A stretch of DNA of 63,705 nt, filler included, from Octopus bimaculoides (Eukaryota), in the NCBI RefSeq assembly GCF_001194135.2. It is 7 parts of 7 records of this genome, joined end to end, with 100 filler letters (N's around TTAATTAATTAA, not from the genome) between each part and the next. Parts side by side here need not be neighbours in the genome. Positions count along the whole stretch, not along the records: positions 20,966 to 43,895 come from NC_068987.1; positions 43,996 to 53,865 come from NC_068989.1; 5 more parts are not named here. One strand, 5' to 3'. Both the position numbers and the translations under genes were made by a program. The notes under the pieces were generated by a model. It did no database searches, was not told the origin of the DNA, and saw only the letters and a list, made by a program, of their open reading frames with translations. Positions 37,501 to 49,630 of this stretch are shown in pieces (position 1 is the stretch's first letter; the number at the start of each line of letters is the position of its first letter).

Positions 37501-38803
37501 TAAACACACATGCATTGACATATGCATGTGTATGTGTGAGAGAGAAAGAAAGAAAGAAAGAAAGAGAGAGACGTAAAAACCTTAACTTGGCAACCACTTG
37601 GTTCCAGATATGATCTCGTTGCGTCGCTTAGCAACAGACTTCTGCTAGCCTCAAGTTGAAATAACTTAGGCAGGAAACTTGATAAATGCAAACTGTGAAG
37701 AAACTTTTAGCGTGTATGTGTATATGTATATGTACAGGTGGTACTGGTGGCAGTGTAACCAGTACGTTCCTATACATGTATATACGCACGCACGACACAG
37801 ACCTGTAACAGGGCCATCCGAGTACGCATCAGACTGGTTGGCCACGGCCGGACACACAATCTTCTCCCATCTGATTTCTTTGGTCATCGTCGACAACGAC
37901 GGAAAAATTCATAATAAAAATATACGTAGGTATGCAAGCATGTGTACAAATGTGTGCGTGTGTGGGGTGGAGAGAGAGTGCGGGAGAGAGAGAGGAATAT
38001 AGTAAGAATGAGAGGAGAGTAAGAGGCACTAAGAGGGAGGGAGCATTGCATCCCAGAGGTAAGAGAGAGGAACAGGATTAAAAAAATCCTCTGGGGATGA
38101 CACGGATATGGGGTCCGAGATTATCGGTGAGTAAGTCTCCGTTGAGAGAACCTTATCCTTCTGATAGTTATGACACACTCAATGATTAGAAGGGGTTGAA
38201 AGTCGTATCTGGAGGGATCTAAAACAAAGTTTTAGGTTCGAGTGATTCTGATTTGTAATTTCTGATGATGACATCCAGAATGAAGAGATTGTGTTTAATG
38301 TGGCCGTACGTTAACTATATCATAAAAAAAAGAAGTGACACGATGTGTTTATTTTGACGATTGACAGAGTTAAAATAAAGAGTTATCTTACGAGACATAT
38401 AATGGTCAGAGATAGACTGCGGTTTATATTGCCGATACCAAGATTCAAGGTTGCAGTGGCTTTTTTTGAATTCAAGAGTCTCATCTGTCTCTGGGAAGAA
38501 CCCTGCAGGTGAAAGAGGTGTCATTATATAAGTAATAACATAATACTGGAAACAGTATTATTCGTTTTTAATTTTAAAAAAACTGAAGAGGGAAAAGAAA
38601 GGACAGAAAGAAGTGCAAAGCGAAAGAGGAAAATATGAACAACTCACAAATAAATGTGCAGCACACATAAGTAACCATTCCAATAATGAATATGTGTAAT
38701 TTTCTCATTTCCTACAAAGTCAAAAAATATGAAAATAATTTTAAAAATTGAAAGCAATTTGAAAGATAATTATGCAAATTTTAAATTGCCATCACCGTGC
38801 ATT

Positions 38804-38996
38804 ATTTACATTGGACGGACAGGTGTCTTCACTTTGTTTATTGTTACCACAATGTTTCGGCTAATGTACTCTCCAGCCTTCACCAGGGTCCTGGTGGAAT
38901 GTCGAACCCAACCCTGATGAAGGCTAGAGAGTGCATCAACAGAAACGTTGTGCTAACAACAAACAAGGTGAGGACACCTGTCCGTCCAATGTAAAT
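38804..38996. repeat. 86-bp inverted repeat with a hammerhead-like core in each arm (Penelope-type terminus)
   Basis: 38804-38889 versus 38911-38996. Plus arm: CTGATGA-A-GGCTAG..AACA-GAAAC. Minus arm: CTGGTGA-A-GGCTG..TAGCC-GAAAC. Confidence 0.65.
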
Positions 38997-39179
38997 GATT
39001 TAGCAATGTGTATATGTATCCACTTTTCTTGCGATCTATGTATCCACTTTTCTTGCGATATATGTAGTAATCTGCAGAAAACGAACACCGTCACCACTCA
39101 CTGTCTCTCTTCCTTTCTCTCTCATTTCCTCTCTCTTCTTCTCTGTCCCACTTTGCCACTCACTTCTTCCTTTGAAGTG

Positions 39180-40095
39180 TGAAAATAGGTGGGTGAAGAA
39201 AAGAATGCATGGTCAATTTCATAGTGATGTTGAAGGTAAGACAGACAGACAAAAAAGATGGCTGTAGATGATTAAAAGTGATTTAAAACCGGAAACGGAG
39301 GATCTAATTTATGCTGCCTAAGACCGAGCACTAAGAACAAACTACATACAATACAGAATAGACAACACAGCAGAAAGTGATAAGTGCAGAGTCTGTGGAC
39401 AAAACGGTGAAATCGTATGGTATATTACCAGCCAATGTACGCCACGAGCCCAGAAGGAATATAAGAGACGCCACGACAATATAGCAAGGCTTGTCCATTG
39501 GACACTTTGCAACAAGTATGGACTTGACAGAAAAAAATTGGTACGACCACAAACCTGAAGGCATCATCGAAAATAGAAATGCAAAGATCCTATGGGATTT
39601 TATGATTCTGTGCAACCATAGAGAATAGGAAACCGGACATAGTCTTAATTAAGAAAGAAAACAAACTATGCTGGAGCATAGATATAGCATGCCCAGCTGA
39701 CAACAAGGTATGCGATAAGGAAGAAAGAAAAGTTGAGAGATATGCCAGGTTAGCTTGGGAGGTTAAGCAGTTGTGGTCGATGAAAAAAGTAGCAGCAGTA
39801 CCACCAATAATTGTCGGAGCCTTGGGACGAGTGAGTAAAAATCTCGAGAAGTACGTGGAGCAAATAGGGACTGCAATAAGGGTGGAGCACTTGCAGAAAA
39901 CAGCACTGCTTGGAACCGCTCGAATACTCCGGATGGTTCTCGAAAAATAAGAGGGGTTACCTTAGTTCACTGGTAGTGAACAGCTGACACCGTAGTACAC
40001 CTCCAGCCTTAGAAGCTGTGCAAAAGCAATAATAATAAAAATAATAATAATAATAATGGTAACAATCACAACAACAGCAACAATAATAATAATCA
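39180..40095 (+). mobile_element. R4/Dong-like RLE non-LTR retrotransposon 3' fragment
   Basis: DKCRVC..YKRRHDNIARLVHW..RKPDIV..IDIACPAD..LQKTALLGTARILRMVLEK* (stop 39948-39950), ending in an (AAT/AAC)n tail. Very similar to 4950-5363. Confidence 0.9.
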
Positions 40096-40170
40096 CATAA
40101 CAACGGTAAAGGTACTAACCATTTTTTTAGTGTTAAAAGAGGAGAGAAGACGAGAAGAGGAGATACACGA

Positions 40171-40376
40171 AAAGCCACTTAATTAAAAAATCGACAACTG
40201 ACCAGTGATGCGCATCCAACCAGAACCACTGAATGCAACAACACAGTCAGTAACTAGGTCAGAGTACGGAGCGATGGAAATATTGGGATCGTAACAAATA
40301 AATGTAAAATTGAAGTAAATGGACTTGGTTTCTAGTCTGAATGTCTAACATGTGTCATCCAGGCGGCAAGTGACAT

Positions 40377-40471
<95 letters not shown>

Positions 40472-40609
40472 ATAGATACATATATATACATATATATGTA
40501 TACATACATATTTATATATAGACGTACATACATACACACACACACAGTGTTGTTCTGAATGGATGCGCATCGCTGGTCAGTTGTCGATTCTTTTTAATTA
40601 AGGTGCTTT
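40171..40609. repeat. ~60-bp inverted repeats enclosing microsatellites (MITE-like)
   Basis: ttaattaaaaaatcgacaactgaccagtgatgcgcatcca (from 40179) versus tggatgcgcatcgctggtcagttgtcgattctttttaattaa (to 40601). Confidence 0.7.
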
Positions 40610-42215
40610 GGTAGTAAGGTGCTTCTTCATTCGGACGTGGCATGGTCGGATTGTATTACCGATGTAACAGGTGTTGTATTTCGAGTATCGCACCTGGTAT
40701 ACTACGTGTGTATGTAGGAAGATGTTAGCGTTGCGAATAGGGCAGCGTGCGAGTGTGCAGCAGGGCTGTCGTTCAGTGTGTGACCACCTGATAGCTCTTT
40801 ACGCAAGGATGGTCCTGAATGGACCAGTCGGATGTCGAAGTACAACGCTCTCACGTACACACACGCGCGCACACATACATACATACAATATATATTTATA
40901 TATATATATATATATNNNNNNNNNNNNNNNNNNNNNNNNNNNNNNNNNNNNNNNNNNNNNNNNNNNNNNNNNNNNNNNNNNNNNNNNNNNNNNNNNNNNN
41001 NNNNNNNNNNNNNNNNNNNNNNNNNNNNNNNNNNNNNNNNNNNNNNNNNNNNNNNNNNNNNNNNNNNNNNNNNNNNNNNNNNNNNNNNNNNNNNNNNNNN
41101 NNNNNNNNNNNNNNNNNNNNNNNNNNNNNNATATATGTATGTATGTATATATGTATGTATTGTATTCTTCCTTTCTACTTGGAGAGTTTAAATGTAGTTA
41201 TAAATATATGTCGTACTGTTGAAATGTAATTTCAGTAAATTTCTATATCTTTGTGCAGCTTTGATAAAATGAAAACTATGAAGTGATATTGCTGGCAGAG
41301 CTGTTTGGAACGTTCTAAGCCTTATAATAATAACTATGTGATCGCTGCTGTTTCTATCACGCGAATCGTAGTTTAAGTTTGTTCAAATTAGAGATATATT
41401 ACTACTACGATAAATTACTGAAATAAATCTTTAGTAAGCAAATGAGACTTTTTATAAATTGAAGTTTTCAAGAAAATTGACCTTCTGAACTTCTTTTTTA
41501 TTATTGAATATTTCAAGTTCCTAAATTTAGATATTCGGTACAAGATAGTTTTTAACGAGCTTTTATAGGTTTGACTCTCTGGAAAATTCTAATAAATTCT
41601 TCTGTTAATATGTATCGATAAAAAGGCAGTTTCGAAGTTTCTGTTATTATTTAATATCACAAAACATTCGCTCACTACAGAGTAGGTTTTAACATTTGAT
41701 AAACAATATTATATTCTGGCGAAATTTTTCGTTTTAATTTGCAACACAGTCTCTCTAGGCTTTGATCAGCCCAAGGTGCCATGCAGTGGAACTGAACGTA
41801 GAAACACGTAATGAAGTAAACTTCTTTATACATATATTTGTATATTCATACATGCATACTTATAGATAGTTAAAGCTGCAATTTTCATTTCCACTTTCCA
41901 TCAAAGGAGAATGAAACAGAAGAACCATACCAATATCCCTATAATTTATAAACCCTTAAGTTTCCAACGTAATCATTTCCATGATGTTGAATAAACCTCA
42001 CTCACAATGACAAACACTAACTTCACAAAACCATAAAAACATTCAAAATAAGAGCTAAATATAAATTTTAATTAATCATCTTCCAAGAGAAAAACTATAA
42101 AGACAACTAGCAATGGCAGTAGTTGAGACCTCAATCAAATGTTCGAAAGATGTTTGCCTACAAACAACACACTTACACACATGCACGAACGCGCACGCAC
42201 AGACATACATACACA

Positions 42216-42254
<39 letters not shown>

Positions 42255-42662
42255 ACATAATATATAATTATATGTATATATCCACACATATATGTACATA
42301 CCTACATCTATATGTATACATACAAGCATATATAGGTACAGGACATCACAAAAAACGTTAAACACAATGAGAAACGAAAACATAAAGTCGAAGACAGAAA
42401 ACGAACTTTTTTTCGAACAACGAAAAAAACAAACAGAGAAACGAGACATGCAACATAAAGAATATTTCCCTTCATCAGNNNNNNNNNNNNNNNNNNNNNN
42501 NNNNNNNNNNNNNNNNNNNNNNNNNNNNNNNNNNNNNNNNNNNNNNNNNNNNNNNNNNNNNNNNNNNNNNNNNNNNNNNNNNNNNNNNNNNNNNNNNNNN
42601 NNNNNNNNNNNNNNNNNNNNNNNNNNNNNNNNNNNNNNNNNNNNNNNNNNNNNNNNNNNNNN

Positions 42663-42699
<37 letters not shown>

Positions 42700-42873
42700 C
42701 ATAAACAATAAACATGTACATGCACACACACACAACCAGACGATATGAAATATGATCTTGTAAACGAAAGTGAAATACACACAGATACACACATACAAAT
42801 ACATATATATATACATATATGTACATATATATACACATATATGGATAAACTATACAAATGCATATATTTACAT

Positions 42874-42905
<32 letters not shown>

Positions 42906-43768
42906 GCTCACGCACACAAAGACACACAAACACAAGATCACACATACGCACACGATCAGGCATATATATAGAGAGAGAGAGAAAAAGAGAGAGAGAGAGA
43001 GAGAGAGAGATAAAGAGAGAGAGAGAGAAATAGAGAGAGAGAGAGAGGGAGGGAGAACGAGTGGTAGATAGATATAAATATCGATATATGTACATATATA
43101 CACATGTATATGGAAAAGCCTTGTTTTACTGAAGTACAAGGCTGCTGGGAAGAGTGATCAGAAAAGTTATATTGCCGTAAAAAGTACAAAAATCTTTTGT
43201 CATACCTTTCTGTTTTATCTGTCCTCATTTCACCAAACGTGCTATTCTATATACCCTCTTGTATAATCACGAGTGATTAAATATTTCCTTTAAATATAGG
43301 TAAACTGTGAAATCTTATTTTAATAGACTGCTATGTAGCAGTTTTCTATTGGTTGACTCAAATAGATCTATGGTTTTTATTCATTCGCTACCCAGTCTGT
43401 TACAATGAGGAGTGTTTCAGTTGATCCGATTATCAGAACAGCCTACTCATCGAATTAATGTGAAAAAGGATGGGCACTCTACTGACATGCGTAATTCAAA
43501 CCTGGTTCTCAGGGCGATTCAGCATGATATAGAATGTGGCAGGTACATCTCATTTTTGTCAGTAGAGTTAACTAGAGCAACGTGAAATAAAGTGTCTTGC
43601 TCAAGGACACAATGCACCGACGGAAATCGATCTCACAACCTTATCATCAGCAGCCAACCACTCAGTCACATGTCTTCAGTGCCTAAATATACATACATAC
43701 ATACATACATGCATACATACATACATACATACATAATGGCTGCTACTTAATTTGCACGTGTAGCCATC

Positions 43769-43895
43769 ACATTCTTGCGGCGCCAGACAGGTTCTTCCAA
43801 GCCTGGCACGTTCTTGCAGTGCCGGGCAGGTTGCTGCGGTGCCGGGCACGTACTTGCAGCTCCAGACACGTACATGCGGCGCCGAGCACGTTATT
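43769..43895. repeat. GC-rich 20-bp minisatellite (about 6.5 units, truncated by spacer)
   Basis: acgttcttgcagtgccgggc-like units. Confidence 0.75.
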
Positions 43896-44706
43896 NNNNN
43901 NNNNNNNNNNNNNNNNNNNNNNNNNNNNNNNNNNNNNNNTTAATTAATTAANNNNNNNNNNNNNNNNNNNNNNNNNNNNNNNNNNNNNNNNNNNNTGTTA
44001 TGGGGACGCAAATACACCAACACCGGTTGTCAAGCGGTGGTAGGGATATAGTAGAAAGTGGGTTATATATCTTTAGATTGTATACCTGACTTTCTACTAT
44101 AAAATTAAAGAAATAGACGGAACGCTGAACTCAAGACTAAACAACTTAAACAACATTTATTTACTTGGTAAAACATACATATCTTTAGTTATACATCTTT
44201 AGAGGTGAGAATAACGAGCTGTCGAGTATAAGACCGAAAGATGTAGAGACAGCTTTAAACACACGTCCATGCTCAATCGCTGGCCAGCGTGAAAGAGAAT
44301 GAATTGAGCGGGAAACGCTTGGTTGTTTAATTCTACGCATGCGTAAGACTACGCATGCGCAGGCGTTACTACAGGGACAAACAGAAACACAAAGACACAT
44401 ACGACAGGCTTCCTTCAGTTTCTGTCTATTACATCCACTCACAAGGCTTTGGTCGGCCCGGAGCTATAGTAGAAGACATTCTCTCAAGGTGCCACGTAGT
44501 GGGACTGAACCCGGAATTATGTGGTTAAGAAGTAAGTTTCTTACCAAATAGCCATAAGCAAGCGTTTGTTCGTTCATATTTCGGGGGAACGTATTTAGAG
44601 AGAGATATCATATTTTAACCGAGAGCAAAGTATAGCTTTGTTAAGCTATACGCAAACAAATTAGTGGAGACGAGAATACATTTACCAAAGGTTTATTACT
44701 TTACGT

Positions 44707-45085
44707 GTAGAGGCGCAATGGCCCAGTGGTCAGGGCAGCGGATTCGCGGTCGCAGGATCGCGGTTTCGATTCTCAGACCGGGCGTTGTGAGTGTTTATTA
44801 AACGAAAACACCTAAAGCTCCACGAGGCTCCGGCAGGGGATGGTGGCGAACCCTGCTGTACTCTTTCGCCACAACTTTCTCTCACGTTTACTTCCTGTTT
44901 CTGTTGTGCCTGTAATTCAAAGGGTTAGCCTTGTCACGCTGAATATCCCCGAGAACTACGTTAAGGGTACACGTGTCTGTGGAGTGCTCAGCCACTTGCA
45001 CGTTAATTTCACGAGCAGGCTGTTCCGTTGATCGGATCAACTGGAACCCTCGACGTCGTAAGCGACGGAGTGCCAACAACAAAAA
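44707..45085 (+). mobile_element. tRNA-derived SINE inserted in the 3' LTR
   Basis: A box (tggcccagtgg), B box (ggtttcgattc) and a CAA/A tail. The 11-bp TSD is ttactttacgt (44696-44706) / ttactgtacgt (45086-45096). Confidence 0.85.
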
Positions 45086-47575
45086 TTACTGTACGTAATA
45101 AGTCGTCAGTTATTTTTGTCTAGTTCACTCAGATTCGTTTCACGCTTGCTGTTGACATTCTTCTGTTTTCCTTCTCCTTCCGGAAGTCCTTTTTTGTTTC
45201 CCTGCTGACCAACTTCCTAGCTAGCCCACAACGAACATTCTGTCTACAGTTCGTCTGTCACGAATGCTTCCCTACATAGCTCCCCACTCAGAGCTGTAGA
45301 CTGTCATTGGAAACGGGAAGGCGTTTTAATTGCCCTGCCCCTGCGTGTGGTTACTCGATTCTCTGGTGACTGTTCCTTGTCAAGGGTTTGTGTGATCTGT
45401 CCAAGACGTCCCCTGTGTGGTGGTCGGGCCACCTGAACGGGGCTGTCAATATCGAGATGGGCCGGTTTCAATCTATCGATGGAGATTGTGTCTTGTCGTC
45501 CGCCAATTAGGAGTTGGAATGTTTTATCTCCCGGATGTATGACTTGATATGGACCGTCGTAGGGTGACTGGAGGGGTTTTCGTCGTGTGTCACGTCGAAC
45601 GAACGCAAAGTTAGCCGTGCGGAGGTCATTTGGTACAGATGATCTGGGTGTTCCGTTTGTCGACATGGGAACAGGGCGCAACTGGCCCGCACTATGATTC
45701 GATGTCCCAAAAAGTCGATTTCTGTCGCACCAAAAACGCACTTGGCGGGGTTGATCACTAAACCATGCTGTTCCAGCCTATCAAATAGAATCACTAGGTG
45801 CTTCTTATGTAGCTCTGCGTTAGGGCTTGCAATAAGGATATCATCTAAGTATGCAAAGACAAAATCGAGACTTCTGCACACAGTGTCCGTCAAGCGTTGG
45901 AAGGATTGCACCGCGTTTTTCAGCCCAAAGGGTGTACGTATGAATTCGTTCAGACCGAAAGGAGTGATCACGGCGGTTTTCGGTACATCGTCATCTTGTA
46001 CTGGTACTTGGTGGTATCCCCGGATGAGCTCAAGCTTGGAGAAAACCAAGCACCCGGCTAGCTGGACTGAAAAATCTTGTATGTTTGGAATGGAGTAGCG
46101 TTCAGGTGTCGTATCCGCATTGAGACGGTAGTAATCTCCGCAGGGTCGATAACCTCCGTTGGATTTGGGGGCCACATGCAGGGTGATGACCAGGGATTGC
46201 TTGATCGGCGAACTATACCCAGTGTCTCCATATTGTCGAACTCGGCCTTTGCGATTGTCTGGTGATAGACGACGTGCGCGGCTGTGCTCTGGGGTGGTGG
46301 TGGAGATGTGGTGTGTCACCCTGTGGGCTTGGAGAACGTCGGAGTGGTGAGATTGAGGCGACTTACAAGAAGATCCGAGAATTCATTCTTGGTCTGCAAG
46401 ATGGTTGCTATGTGAGGAGCGGCATGTGCANNNNNNNNNNNNNNNNNNNNNNNNNNNNNNNNNNNNNNNNNNNNNNNNNNNNNNNNNNNNNNNNNNNNNN
46501 NNNNNNNNNNNNNNNNNNNNNNNNNNNNNNNNNNNNNNNNNNNNNNNNNNNNNNNNNNNNNNNNNNNNNNNNNNNNNNNNNNNNNNNNNNNNNNNNNNNN
46601 NNNNNNNNNNNNNNNNNNNNNNNNNNNNNNNNNNNNNNNNNNNNNNNNNNNNNNNNNNNNNNNNNNNNNNNNNNNNNNNNNNNNNNNNNNNNNNNNNNNN
46701 NNNNNNNNNNNNNNNNNNNNNNNNNNNNNNNNNNNNNNNNNNNNNNNNNNNNNNNNNNNNNNNNNNNNNNNNNNNNNNNNNNNNNNNNNNNNNNNNNNNN
46801 NNNNNNNNNNNNNNNNNNNNNNNNNNNNNNNNNNNNNNNNNNNNNNNNNNNNNNNNNNNNNNNNNNNNNNNNNNNNNNNNNNNNNNNNNNNNNNNNNNNN
46901 NNNNNNNNNNNNNNNNNNNNNNNNNNNNNNNNNNNNNNNNNNNNNNNNNNNNNNNNNNNNNNNNNNNNNNNNNNNNNNNNNNNNNNNNNNNNNNNNNNNN
47001 NNNNNNNNNNNNNNNNNNNNNNNNNNNNNNNNNNNNNNNNNNNNNNNNNNNNNNNNNNNNNNNNNNNNNNNNNNNNNNNNNNNNNNNNNNNNNNNNNNNN
47101 NNNNNNNNNNNNNNNNNNNNNNNNNNNNNNNNNNNNNNNNNNNNNNNNNNNNNNNNNNNNNNNNNNNNNNNNNNNNNNNNNNNNNNNNNNNNNNNNNNNN
47201 GGGGGGGGGGATAATGCCAACATCCTGTCCATTAGTTCCGAAGGTTTGGAATCGCCTAATTCCTCCCCCAGTATCTTGGCTGCCGCTTCTCTTTCACTGC
47301 GTCGGAATGCATCCACTAGTCTATCTTTCAATATGGCGTATTTTTTCGTTAGTGGGGGTGGTGTTAAAATGTCCAGCACCCTCATTGCTGTGTCTTCGTC
47401 TCGTGCCGCCACAACGTGCGAGTACTTTGTTTGGTCGGCCGTCACCTTGTTTATATCGAATTGAGCTCCGCCTGCGCGAACCACAGTTCAGCCTTCTGAG
47501 GCCAGAACTGTGATAGCCTCAGTGTTGTTTTGTTGCAAGCCATGTTTGTTTCGGTAGCGGGAGTTGTTGTGCTAT

Positions 47576-47590
47576 CGTCGGGGGTCACCA
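47576..47590 (-). promoter_or_regulatory. Primer binding site complementary to tRNA-Trp 3' end
   Basis: TGGTGACCCCCGACG lies 2 nt inside the 5' LTR. It matches the complement of the tRNA-Trp end (..CGTCGGGGTCACCA) with one extra base. Confidence 0.8.
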
Positions 47591-47685
47591 GTTATAGCTT
47601 TGTTAAGCTATATGCAAACAAATTAGTGGAGACGAGAATACATTTACCAAAGGTTTATTACTTTACGTACATCAGGGCTTAAGTC

Positions 47686-48073
47686 GGATCTATTTTAAAA
47701 CGGGGGCCACATTTTTCATTAATGTTTTACGTAGTGTTTTTGGTACGGAAAGACTTTCAAACTTCGTATACTTATCTATTTTGTGTTATAGAACAGAAAA
47801 ATATTTTTGTATTCGAATTTATTTCATGTAAAAAATTGTCTTATTTCGATAATTTCAACCAATCACTGACAAGTATTCAGTTGTTTATATTTACTCCTTT
47901 GGCTGATTAAGCGATGTAAAGCGTATTTAATCTCCATACCTTCGTTTTATTTGCTTTTTTCATTTTAANNNNNNNNNNNNNNNNNNNNNNNNNNNNNNNN
48001 NNNNNNNNNNNNNNNNNNNNNNNNNNNNNNNNNNNNTTAATGAAAAATGTGGCCCCCGTTTTAAAAAAGATCC
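47686..48073. mobile_element. MITE with ~37-bp TIRs and 8-bp TSD inserted in the 5' LTR (Merlin-like termini)
   Basis: GGATCTATTTTAAAACGGGGGCCACATTTTTCATTAA ... TTAATGAAAAATGTGGCCCCCGTTTTAAAAAAGATCC, with TSD CTTAAGTC at 47678-47685 and 48074-48081. It contains an N gap. Confidence 0.8.
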
Positions 48074-49559
48074 CTTAAGTCATCAGTTATTTCTGTTTAG
48101 TTCATTCAGATTCGTTTCACGCCCACTGTTAACATTCTTCTGTTTTCCTTCTACTTCCGGAAGTTCTTTTTGTTTTCCTAGCTAGACCGCAGCGAAGTTT
48201 CTGTCTACAGTTCGTCTGTCACGAATCCTGCCCTACAAAAGTAAATAAACTCCTCTCTCTTTCGACAACCCCAAATCCAGTACACACACACACACACATA
48301 CCAGTAATGTACCTAGGTTCCAAATGTAGCGAGAGCGAGTACATATAAAAAAAAGACGCTGTGACACATATCAAACAATTCTAAACTAATTTTTCCTGTA
48401 AGATACGAAAGATTTCATTAATTATAACGTATGTAATTGTATATTATGTTTCAGTTGCAATGTCATTATATATGACACTTCGAACTACTAATATAGGTGT
48501 GACGTGAATGAAAAAAATGAAACTCCGCGGGATCGTCCAGTATCGAGAGGTTATGACGTCAGAATGTGTACTAGTTCTTCCGATGTCAGCGGCCACCTAC
48601 ACATCACAGGAGATTGAGCAGACAATTCATAAACACGGGAAGGTAGTCGAAGAAAGTAATGACACCAGTAAATTCTTCGAAGACCATGCGATTATCAAAA
48701 ACGATTCGACTTTAATCGCACAACTGAACTAAAAGAAAACTATTGAAAAGGCGCCAATTTTGAAAACTGTGCTCAATGGGGGGAGCGTGTAGATCTCCTA
48801 CCTCCCCTATTAGTTATGTCACTGACACAGATACATGTCTATTGTCATTCATTCACAGTGAGCTTTATATGGCCGTCTAACTTTATAGTGTTACAAATCA
48901 AATTACAAGACGCACATAGCCATCTTTCAAACACGGCAGATGAAATTTGGTAGAGAAAAACTTCGAAGATGGCGAAGTGAGCTTGTTTGGCCGCTATTTC
49001 GTACATATCGCCCCTTTGGTGGAGTTGTAGATCTGGATCAAACGAAAATCTAGACTGGGCTCCTGGTATATTGTTAGATATTCGCACTTTTCTGCTTGTG
49101 GGATAAGGTTTCTGGAAAAGAAAATCACAGGAAAAAAAGTCACAGAGAAGTTTCAATTTTAACCAGGAAAAAGTTACATTTCATCTATTATCTTTTACTT
49201 GTCTCGTCATTAGACTGCGGCCACGCTGGGGTACAACACCGAAGAATTTTTTAAATTCATTTTCTTTTTTTAAAGCCTGGTACATACACTGTCAGTATCT
49301 ATTGCCGAACCGCTAAGTTACAGGGACGTAAACACACCAACACCGATTGTCAAGCGGTGGTGAGGGACAAACACAGATACGAAGACACAAGAATACATAT
49401 ATACATGTCGTTGAATGCTCGAAATGAGGAGTAGATAGAAAGTCAGCAACTGATGAAGGGTCCTTTCTCTGTGTTTACTTGTCCTGTTTTCCATTTTTTT
49501 CTCGTTCTTTGCGTATTTCAAGTTATTTCCACCGTTGGTGATGTCCTGTACCCATATAT

Positions 49560-49630
<71 letters not shown>

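Larger units (their letters stand above)
44631..48237 (-). mobile_element. Ty3/Gypsy LTR retrotransposon, CsRn1-like, internally deleted
   Basis: Gag (VRAGGAQFDINKVTADQTKYSHVVAA..LGDSKPSELMDRML, 47484-47201), RT with YLDD (45851-45840) and integrase C-terminus with PYDGPY..IDRLKPAH. LTRs start TGTAGGG (48237 and 45276) and end GCTATA. The 4-bp TSD AAAG is at 44627-44630 and 48238-48241, and the PPT at 45289-45280. Confidence 0.92.
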
